Assembly: GCF_009914755.1 (NCBI RefSeq)
Contig: NC_060943.1
Reading direction: 5' to 3' (one strand)
Length of the DNA stretch: 64,000 nucleotides
Origin: the human T2T-CHM13v2.0 reference genome, Homo sapiens
Positions 54,160 through 64,000 of the stretch are shown here, in pieces; position 1 is the stretch's first letter, and every line of letters begins with the position of its first letter. The notes under the pieces are model-generated. The model searched no databases. It had not been told where the DNA came from and worked only from the letters and a program-made list of their open reading frames with translations. A program made the position numbers and the translations under genes.

Positions 54160-54410
54160 CAGCTGTGGGAAGCGAAATGTGTGTGATCTTTTTGGAGAAC
54201 AGTTTGGATATTTATCATTTTGTTAACCTGAACATACCTTTTCAGCTAGCAATTCCGCCTGTAGGACTGCATCCCACAAGGATGTAAGTGGAAGGACATT
54301 ACTATACAAAGGCGTGTGCAGAAGGATGTTCACTATGGTACTGTTTGTCAAAGAAAAGACCAGAAGCAACCAGAATGTCCATGCAGAGGGTAACTCATTC
54401 ACTAGAGTCA
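54160..54410 (+). mobile_element. Old L1M 3' fragment
   Basis: tttttggagaacagtttgg...ctagcaattccgcctgtagga...aaggatgttcact...agcaaccagaatgtcca. Confidence 0.65.
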
Positions 54411-54522
54411 AACGTGGCCCTTAAAAAGTATAAGGCAGCTCTGTGCAACAAAATATGGTAGGACATAGCAGCTGAAACCTAACATGATATAAGATGATGA
54501 CTGAGATACATAGATTTGCCAC

Positions 54523-54695
54523 CATTTTATTATGTACAATGTAATATACACAGCAAAGTTTAAAGAATTTTGCCTGTACACCCATCACCTAGTTTAAAAC
54601 TTTAACATTCCGCTTTATTTGCTTTATCACATATATACCCATCATTCCATGTATCTTAACTTTTGGATGCATGTCAAAGTAAACTGCAGATATCC
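54523..54695 (-). mobile_element. L1MC-like 3' end
   Basis: aaagtttaaagaattt...cacccatcacctag...ttaacatt...tttgctttatc...caaagtaaactgcagatatc. Confidence 0.6.
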
Positions 54696-54782
54696 AAAGT
54701 ATATTCTTAGACAAAAACAGGTACAACATGGAGTGTAAAGTGTGGATTTCTCATTTAAAATATTTAAAATATACTTTTAATT

Positions 54783-54815
54783 TAATGGCAAAACTGCAAT
54801 TACTTTTGCACCAAC
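54783..54815. mobile_element. Half MADE1 (single Hsmar1 terminal inverted repeat)
   Basis: taatggcaaaactgcaattacttttgcaccaac closely matches MADE1 arm TAATGGCAAAAACCGCAATTACTTTTGCACCAAC. Confidence 0.85.
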
Positions 54816-55070
54816 ATAAATATCTAGAAGACTATACTACAAACTGGTATCGGTGCTTGCCCCTAGGGAGAAGAACTGAGGAGCTGGGGTTAGAAGAAGA
54901 CTCTCTTTTAACTGCATACCCTTTGATTCTCTTGAATATTGCATTATGGACATCATTTTGTTTAATTTAAAGAATGACAATGCATCCACTTTCATGAGAG
55001 AAAGCTACTGTCAAATCTTTCAGGGCTCTAGGTAGCTTCTGTAGAGCAGCCCTGCATGCTTAGAAGCCTG

Positions 55071-55136
55071 GCGCGTGTGTGTGCATGTGCACACGTGCCT
55101 GCGTGTGTCTGTGTGTGCATGAGCACGCGTACACAC
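55071..55136. repeat. Alternating purine-pyrimidine tract
   Basis: gcgcgtgtgtgtgcatgtgcacacgtgc...gcacgcgtacacac. Confidence 0.75.
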
Positions 55137-56181
55137 CCACACCCAGATGCTCGGAGCCTGCACAGTGAGGGTGGTGCTGACCTCCCCTCATCTATCGCTG
55201 TAAGTCACTTTCTCATGGGGCTGAAACCTCGGAGTGTGAAGCAACCATCTTCAGGAGGCTCATTATTTAATTTCCAAGTAAGCAGCTGCAAAAGACAGCA
55301 TGTTTGTTGCTGTTAGGGAGAACGGAGCACATGGAAGACAGGAGGGAAAGGCAGTTCCTCTGCTCAGGGTAGCTCTGCACTGCGAGTGCCCATGTCTCAG
55401 TCTCCCTTACTGTAAACATTTGTGCAACTTCAAATAAATATCCTCCCCAAGTCTCACGCAGCCTTCGGCTCTGATGGAAACCCTATGTGTGCCCCAGTGT
55501 GCCAGTGTGCACAGGCCAGAGAAGCATGCAAATACAGGGGAGAAGTCCAGCTCCATGTGAGGAACGCCAGAGAAGGCATCCTGGAGAGAAGTGAGCAGTC
55601 CAGAATGTAGACTCTCCTTCCTTACAGCACTCAGCCAGGCTACTGAAAGGCAGCAGCTTTCTGTTTCATTAAAAAAAAAACCAGCAGAGGAGTAAAAAGC
55701 CCTTAGAAAAAACATAGAATTAAACATGATCATGAGAACAGTACTGTAAGCCAAACCTTCAAAGGAAAAAAGAATATTCCACGGCATTACTGGATGTGTT
55801 CGACCAATTCCCTTCTTCCCTGAGACCTGTAGCTCGAGGTTCTAGACTTTGAGCCTCTGGGCTACCGCTGCACATTTTTGAACAGCGATCAATTTCCTTG
55901 TGTGTTTTAAACCCTGGGAATCATATTCTACATGTGAGAGATAGTAAAATAGATTTTAAAAATTGAGGTAACTGAATATGTGGAGTTATGTCAACATGTC
56001 AGAATAAATACCTGAAATCCTTACTTTTCTACATATGAAAGGGATCTGATATCTAATGAGAGGGAAGGAAAATGCAATTTGTTAGCATTCTGCTTTATTC
56101 TTGAAAACATGCATATAAGGCTAGTTTTAAAAATCCCTCTGATAAGAATAAGACTGTGAGAACACTGATTTCCACTAGGTG

Positions 56182-56278
56182 ATACACATATGTACCATAC
56201 ATATACATACATATGTAAGAATACATATATGTACACACAATACACGTATACACGCATATAAATATACAGTGTATATGT
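56182..56278. repeat. (TA/CA)-rich simple repeat
   Basis: atacacatatgtaccatacatatacatacatatg... Confidence 0.75.
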
Positions 56279-59200
56279 AACTGAGCCAGGCAGTATACTT
56301 AAAGGCAATAATATGATAGTATGAAGGCAATTTGTATCTTACCACATATTGAAATAAAACACCCTGCACAGCCCCTAAACCTCAAAATCCAATACACAAA
56401 ATGAAACGAATTGCACTGGGAAAAAAAATAAAGAAATGAGAAAATGAACTACGATATTCTCTTATTTGTTTAGTGTTCTCTTTCTCTAGAGTTTACATGG
56501 ACATTGTCTCTAGTTGCATCTGCAAACCAATACATCGGCTGTCAGATCACTAAGGCATTTGACAACATCATTCTAGAGCCTTTAGTTACTGAGATATCAA
56601 TAATTAAATGCATTCAGTTCACACTTTGTTCTTGCAGATACCAGCTATTTATCTCTGTCCTCTGAAGAAGCTAATGGTATAATGGGCAAAACATCAAGAA
56701 TAATTAAGAAAAACGTTGCTACAAACTCTGTCAGAAGAAATATAACTTTTGCCCAGGCCCCCAGCTAGAATTCATTTATACAAGATCCACCCAAAACCAA
56801 GGCACCTTTGCTGAAAAGCGAAGTGCTAGGCTCATGGAGCAGGGAACTCACTCACTCTGTCCACCTGAGGGGAAGACCAGTGGGCACTTCTCTGAGTGTG
56901 AGCCTTGAAAAGCCTTGGGTGTGTGCATATAGCATCAGCTATAAAACAGCGGGGACTGCGGGCCACGTTGGCACCTCTCCCACACCAGGGATGGGCTCTG
57001 GAAGGCCAGCCCAGGCTGACAAATGGCAGCAGGACTGACTTGCTTCAGTGGACTGGCCCCTGCTGATGGAGCCCAACCTTCCTGCAGGCCATTCACCTCC
57101 CAGCTGAGCCATCCATGTTTCAAAGCTTGTTTGCAGCATTAGCTGGTACCAAAACAGAAGTTCTGAGAACATCTTATTCAAGGAATGGCGGGTTAAATCT
57201 TAACAGGTCTATTTTTCTTTAGTAGAGAGTGTCTCTCTCCTTTCATATCCAATAACAAATAAGAAGAGAGAAACTGTGAGGTGTTTTCTTCTTTAGGTAA
57301 GGGTCAGGCCTAGATGGTATATAAACTCCAAACAGATTATATTTTAAGTTGGTGACAATTAATTACAATACCGTATACATACTGCAGATAACACAATTTA
57401 AGATTAAAGAATTATCTGGAGCCATAGTAATGGGAGATGACTTTGAAGAGGCAGCCTTCCAGATAAGCCATGTCACATATCTGCATATCCTTTCAAACAT
57501 CTTTGTCACCTAAGCGGGAGTGGCTCCCAATCACTGTTCACCAATCTCACTTGCGGAAGAGTTGGTAGTCAACTTCCTGTACAGGGGCCGTGTGAGCTCC
57601 TGGATGTCTACCTTAAACTTCAAAGAGCCACATTTACAGAAAATGAAATGCTCACATTTCATCATTAAATTACACTAGGCTCCCAATCTTCATGCGGCAC
57701 ATGTATTGCACTGAAAACGGATATTTGTTATTAATGACAAAGATATGGAAAATGTGAAGTTGAAATAAGCTACCCAAACTTAAGAGAAAGAAATGTTACA
57801 GGAACTGCTTTGTCAACCCTAATTGTGTAATTACTTCTTGGCTTGGTCACCCAAGCTCCGAGCAAGAAATAAGAGACAATGGTAATTTCTTACTACTGAA
57901 ATGAAGGTGTCACGCTGCCTTGTGCATTCTGTGTAAGCAGGGCTAAAGTTTACATTTATATCACGTTACCTCCATTACAATCATCCAGGCCACTGCAAGA
58001 ACTTAGTGGTATAAGGTCAGCCCTGGCAATGGGCACGCTCAAGTTTACTTGCACAAACATTTAATTTAGGCAGAGTGGAGGCATCTCTGCTTTTGGTCAT
58101 CATCTTACCCCTCACCTCACACCGGTGAAATTGGTGAACTGCTACTGGCAACTTGCAGACTCACAGCAATAAAATAGTGTTTTTAAATGGTGCTAATACA
58201 GTGGCTACCAATAAAAATGAACCACTAGATGGCTTTAGATTTTTCACTTCTGAATATCGGAAGATGCATTATTTATGGTGTCAAAGCTAAACCTGGGTAC
58301 AGCACTTGGGAGTGGGGGTGTTTGTGGAGAGAGAGGCAGGAACACCGCCCTGTGTAACTCCATCCCTTTCTCTCTTCACTCCACAGTTCCCCTTATAGCT
58401 CGATAATTAATTACAAGGCCGCATAATTCTATCTTCAGTCCCATCAGCGTTGGGTCAACTAAGAGCAAGGATCACATGCCAAAATTGTTGTGTGTTTTTT
58501 TTCCACACCAAGTATGAACCACTCCTCATTCTAATGGAAAAAAGAGCGCAGACACACAACTAGGAAGAGAAAAAAATGAAATTCCATTATAACTGGTTTC
58601 CTCAAGCTCCAGCCTAGGATATGAGTAATCATAAAAACTGTAATATCAGCTTTTTTGTTTTCCTTAACACTGGGTTCCTACTTTATTTCCTTTCAAAGAG
58701 GGTCAAGATCCTTTTTTTTTTTTTAATTCATAAAAGCTGCTGTGCGATAACCAAAAGGTTGGTTTCTCTCTGTAATAGCTCTGCCTTCCGTGATACTTTT
58801 AAATTTGGGGGCAAAAATAAAACTCGCTAAACTCTCAACAGCTGCCCTGAGTGAACTTGAAGCCCCTCACCTGCCTGGCCCTCAGGCCTTCTGGAAACAT
58901 CTAACGCCTAGCAGGGGTGGAGCAGTGAGCTGACCGGCAGGCATGGACCAGGAGCTGCTAGCACAGGCCTCGGGAGGTGGCCTCCGGGCTGCTTGGCCGT
59001 ACCTTGAGGACTGGCCTGACGGCTCCCAATGCCCGAGCTCCCATGTGAAGTGCAGGGAGGAGCAGGTCAGTGGCCACAGCAGCCTGGCCTGGCCTGGGTC
59101 ACACCCTCGGTCAGCATCGCCCCAATGTCACTCTCTAGTTCTGTTTTCTCCTCCCTACCCACTCCCACCTTAACCAGCCACAGGGAATGGCGGGGTGCAA

Positions 59201-61415
59201 AATGGAGGCTGTTGACCTGCTGTGTGATCCACACCTCCCTCTGGGCTCAAAACATCAATGTGCTTTTAACAAGGAGCCAAGTGCTGTTTAAACCTTGGGG
59301 GGGGGGGGGAAAGTCCAGAACACCTATGGGTCATGAAGCAGCCCACGCTGAGAAGGCGACCCCAGACCCCAGACGGAGGTGTCAGGAGCTTGTTTTCCCA
59401 GCACTTCCTGTTGGCAGGGTCACAGCTCTACCGAGAGAAGGTGGGCCGTACCCCAGGGCACAGGAATCAGCATTGACATGCCCAAAAACTGACATGCATG
59501 CTTGTCCCCCACAGGCACGGGCATGTCCCCAGTCACCATGGTGGCAGAAGGACAATGGGAAACGCAGGGCCTGCCAGGCAAATTCTAGCAAAGACGGGCT
59601 TCCTAAAATCTCCCTTCTACATGAGAGCTGCCCAACCCAACGGCAGAGTTATGACTCACCGAAAGGGATACCCCCTCCTTCCCTCTAAGGACTGAAGGAG
59701 GGAAACGGCGCATGTAACCCTGGCCTAAGAGAGACCCCCGGGCTGAACCAAAGCATCAGAGATTCAGAGGGCACGCGGGGAATGTGGACAGAGCGACACC
59801 AGGCCTTCCTGAGCTCACCTGTACCAGAGCCTCAGGAAACATGTCTGTAAAACCGCTCTCATAGTAAGCACTTTATTATCTACTTTTGGCGCAGTGATGA
59901 GTTAAAGGGGCATTAATTTTCTTTCATAGCCTGGAATAGCTTATTTATCATTTTTTTTGTCTTTGTCACTGATATTTCAGATCTGCTGCGAATTGCTGTT
60001 TTTTTGTTTTGTTCTGTTTTGTTACTGTTGTTTAATTAATCTGCACTCATACAACCACCAAAACAATCACGGTCCTACTGGTACCAGCAGATGTGGCCGA
60101 AATGTGCCCTGAAACTTCCCAACTGCAGCTCGACCCTGCTTGCAGTGCTGTGTCATAACGAAGGGAAGTCAACTCAAGATGCATTTTCTGGAAATGCCAT
60201 GGACGCACAGAGAGAAGAAACTACAAATAGTGTTGCAAGGAAGGAGGCCAGCGGCTGCATTCACTGTGTCACTGCGGCCAAGGTTTCTGGGTACCTTATG
60301 TTCACCACCTGCCACCTACTGTGGTGTCAGAGCTGTCTGGTCCAGCCGGGACAGTCAATTGATTTTCACAGAACGTCCATTTTATGTTTCCACACCAGAG
60401 CACGCTGCACCTTCGTAAGGAGGGGTGGCTGCTTCTAAGGGCAGAGCGGCTGGGCCCCAGCCAAGCCTGCCTCCCTGACTGCAGAAGATGTCACCTCCCC
60501 CGGGCACTTTCTTCTGGGCAGGGGCAAGGAGGAGGAAGGGAGAGGAGGTACGTGAAGAAGATGTCCCCCATAAAACCAAGGGTGTTCCCTTCTCAACCTC
60601 TCCCTTTTCCCCCTCTAACTGAGTCTCCAAAAAATGCATGTTTCCATTCACAAAAAGTATGCAGAATCACTGATGGGAGCAAAAGAAGACCCTTTTTCCT
60701 ATTACAGGCAAAACCTAGGCTGATTCTCTTGCTTCCTTCAGCTGTCAATGAGGTGGTGTGTTCCCGGCCTCCTGACAATATAATCATCATAAACTTTATT
60801 ATTACATCTGGAATTTCATGATATGTTTAGTAATTGATTACAGAGACACAACCCAGAATGCGGCTCCCACTCGCTCTGCCACGATTCCAGTAACCTAACT
60901 GCTTAATACCCCTGGAATGTATAAACAGTGTTAACTGCTGCATTCCCCACACTGCCATGGCAGAAGGGAACCACGGAGCTGGTGGGGCTCTGAAAGCTCA
61001 AGGCCATTTTCACTTACTGAATATAATGTCATGGGATAGAAACTGAGATCACATTTTTTGGAGCCACGATGACCGACGACCCCTCATCAGATGTGATTGG
61101 GGCACAAATCCACTAAAATTATCAGCTGTATTGGGGAACGGAGATGTGCCATGAAGTTTGCACAGGGCCATCACCCATCCCTACTTAGTCTCAGTTTGGT
61201 GGGGACTCCAGTTTAGGGGACTGTGATTACTGGGGTTCTTCAAAAAAGCTGCACAACTCGCTATTTCTAATTTTATGAACACCGTGATATGAATGCAATG
61301 CAAAGCAGAGAAAAAGCCATATTGGGTCAGGCCTGCAATTACAGTGGCTAGTGCACTTACTATCTCATAGGAATAAAGGCAAAAAACAAAAACAAAACAA
61401 AACAAAACAGGGGTA

Positions 61416-61699
61416 GGCCAGGCACATGGCTCACACCTGTAATCCCAGCACTTTTGGAGACCGAGGAGGGTAGACTGCTTGAGCCCAGGAGTTCGAGACC
61501 AGCCTAGGCAACATGGCAAAACCCCATCCTACAAAAAATAGAAAAATTACTCAGGCATGATGGTGTGTGCCTGTGGTCCCAGCTACTCAGGAGGCTGAGG
61601 TGGGAGGACTGTCTGAGCCCAAGGAGGTCGAGGCTGCAGTGAGCCATGATCATGCCACTGCACTCCAGCCTGGGTGACAAGGGAGATCCTGTCTCACAA

Positions 61700-61734
<35 letters not shown>

Positions 61735-61736
61735 AT
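61416..61736 (+). mobile_element. AluJ with (AAAT)n tail
   Basis: gcttgagcccaggagttcgagaccagcctaggcaacatggcaaaacccc...gaggtcgaggctgcagtgagccatgatc; tail of about 9 AAAT units. Confidence 0.95.
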
Positions 61737-64000
61737 CCAGGGGTGAAGGCCACACTCAAAGTGTCTGGGAGTTGGGGCCTCAGAGAGATCTACATGAACA
61801 GGGCATTTGTTCCCTCCCACTCCCACCAAGGGAGGGCGAAGAGCAATGCAGCTGCCCTCCCTAACACTACTCCAACTCAGGAGGTTATGACCAAGGACAT
61901 GCGAGCCCCTCTCTGGGTGAAAATCAGCTCCATTCCCCCTGCAGAAACGCTCCCACTCAGCTCTTGTGCCTACACTCTCCCTCCTGTAACAAGTCAATTT
62001 ACAAAAACCAGACCCATCTCAGCAAGGGGACCTGGATCGGCCCTTTTCACCCGCATATCATCTTGAACCCAAACAGTCCCTTGAACCAGCAAATCCTCAG
62101 CCAACCCCGTGGCATGCAGAGTGTGTTATCTCTCCAGGCAGATCCACTTTATAAACCACCAAAGAAGCCCCATGGAAGGTTCTGCTTGCAACAAAAAAAA
62201 CAAACATGCTGATGTCACTCCAACCTGAGCTCTTGGGCCCCAGTGATGGGGCCCGGGGGACTTTACAGTGGGATGCTTGTCCCAGAGCTGCCTCTCCAGG
62301 CCAAGTGAGCCATCATCCTGGGACCACCTGGACCAGCCAGGCCCCCATGAAACTTGGCCAGCGCGTTCCCGTTAAAAATGGTCCTGCCATTCACCTCAGC
62401 CAGGTTCCCGCACGCACGCTAATAAGTACTTGTTTGTTGAACTGAAAAATCATTACCACAGAACACGTCAAGTAATGAAAGATGTTTTCCTTGCAGAAAT
62501 GTTAAATACTCCACTTCTTTCACAAGGAGCGTGTACGTGTGTTTCCAAATAATACCTTGCTCCCTCCCCACCCACACTACATCAGAAAGTATGGAGCTCC
62601 AAGACCCAATTTGAACAGGGCTCATGTTGCACGGCTCTAAGAACCAAGAACATGCTGTTATTTTATTTATTTTCCTTTGCCCAGCTGACTACGTGTTTGT
62701 TCTATTAGTTATTCACCTAACCATCTCGGTAGGAACCTCCGTCACTGTCACGTAGGGGAGGGTCCACTCTGCCTTATGATTTTATACAGAAAAGCAAGAG
62801 AAAATAACACCACCGCAGCCTCATCTATTACACACCCATAGTATTTGCTAACTAATATATGTGAAAGAGCCATTTTACTACAACCTCAGAGCAGAAACAA
62901 AGGCAAGAAATGGAATGGGAACATTTCACCACATGAAAACCACTGATAACCCATCTTCTCCTCTGGCAAATATGAATCTCTGCCCCCTTTCAAAAGCTTT
63001 TTGTTAGGCAGATGAGTAATAACAATTGCGTCTTATGCAATGCACTGAGGTCTTTTAAGTGTTTTGGAATGTCTCTACCTACAGGGAGTCACACTGGTTA
63101 ATTTCTGCTGCCTTTCCCTCTCATCCTAAGGCTTCAGGCAAAGCCAGCAGGGTGGGGGCTGAGCCTGCTTTGAGTCTATGGCAGCTGAGTTAGGAAAAAC
63201 CAAAATGACTTCCAGGTAACCTTGTCTCATGGAACTCCAGGAGGCAAATACACATCACTTAGATAGAACACTCAAATATCAAGTTGATGCGGGGGTCAGT
63301 GGAGTCTTAGGTTTTCTCACCATAACATATGGCTTTGAATGTGGTGGCTCTATCCTGCCATGCCCCCTTGAGACATAAGAGACCTATGTTTATGCCTGGC
63401 TCCCATGTCAGAGAATCCATAACCTGGGGACGGAGATGCTGAAATCCTGGCCAAAATGCACACCCACAGAAGCCAAATCTCCTCTAAAGAATAAGCAATC
63501 ATCATCCCTTCTTCCTGCCCTCTCTCTGTCATGTGTTCAGTGAGTCACTCAAAAAGCTGCCAGGGGTTACCTGGGGGAGCAAGAAACACGAGATCCTGAC
63601 CAGGGCTCCAGGAAAAATGACCTGCGTGAACTTCTCAAAACTTAAAGACTTTCCCTCTTCTTCACCCATTGCTTGTTTTCCCATTTTTAAGAGGGAGCAA
63701 ATCTCACTCTAATTTTACTAGCATTAAAGGTTGACATTTTTTATATGTGAATTCACAAATCTACCATAAATGATTCACGGGATCTTTCTTCCTTTGCCCT
63801 TCCCCGACGAACCGCCACATTTTGGAACTGCGTTGGCTGACATTAAGCAAAGCGCTTTCTCAGCAATTATTTGGAAAGGAGAGATGGCAACTACAAGAAT
63901 TTCTCTCTGAGGAACAGAGGAGCTACCCTCACGGCCCACTTCCAAATGGCCAGGTCTCACGGAAGACAGGAGGGCCTCCTCCCCTGCCCGGACACTGCCA

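Noticed and set aside
59029-59688. 219-aa ORF (also 25364-25939, 42617-43144)
   Set aside because: No domain or family resemblance and no supporting exon structure; such lengths are expected by chance in GC-rich intron

Overview
Human/great-ape genomic DNA containing most of the TSHZ3 (teashirt zinc finger homeobox 3, chr19q12) gene on the minus strand. The window holds the large terminal coding exon (CDS about 8351->5146: five C2H2 zinc fingers, atypical homeodomain, PIDLT CtBP motif), a ~1.6 kb 3'UTR ending near 3545, ~3.5 kb of downstream flank and ~55 kb of intron 1. The short first exon lies beyond position 64000. The intron contains primate Alus (several with visible target-site duplications), L1/L2/MIR relics, DNA-transposon fragments (MER3-like, half MADE1), two structured tandem repeats, and repeat-free AT-rich blocks dense in homeodomain/TALE motifs that look like developmental enhancers. 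All other ORFs in the track look like noise (Alu, simple-repeat or antisense shadow ORFs). I do not see a previously undescribed gene system. The best leads are regulatory: (i) the exon-2 acceptor has a distant branch point and an in-frame strong-Kozak ATG inside the 3' splice site, (ii) PBX/MEIS/HOX motif clusters in the intron, and (iii) alternative poly(A) signals upstream of tandem miR-101/144 sites. Conservation, expression and repeat subfamily calls could not be computed and are marked as inference.
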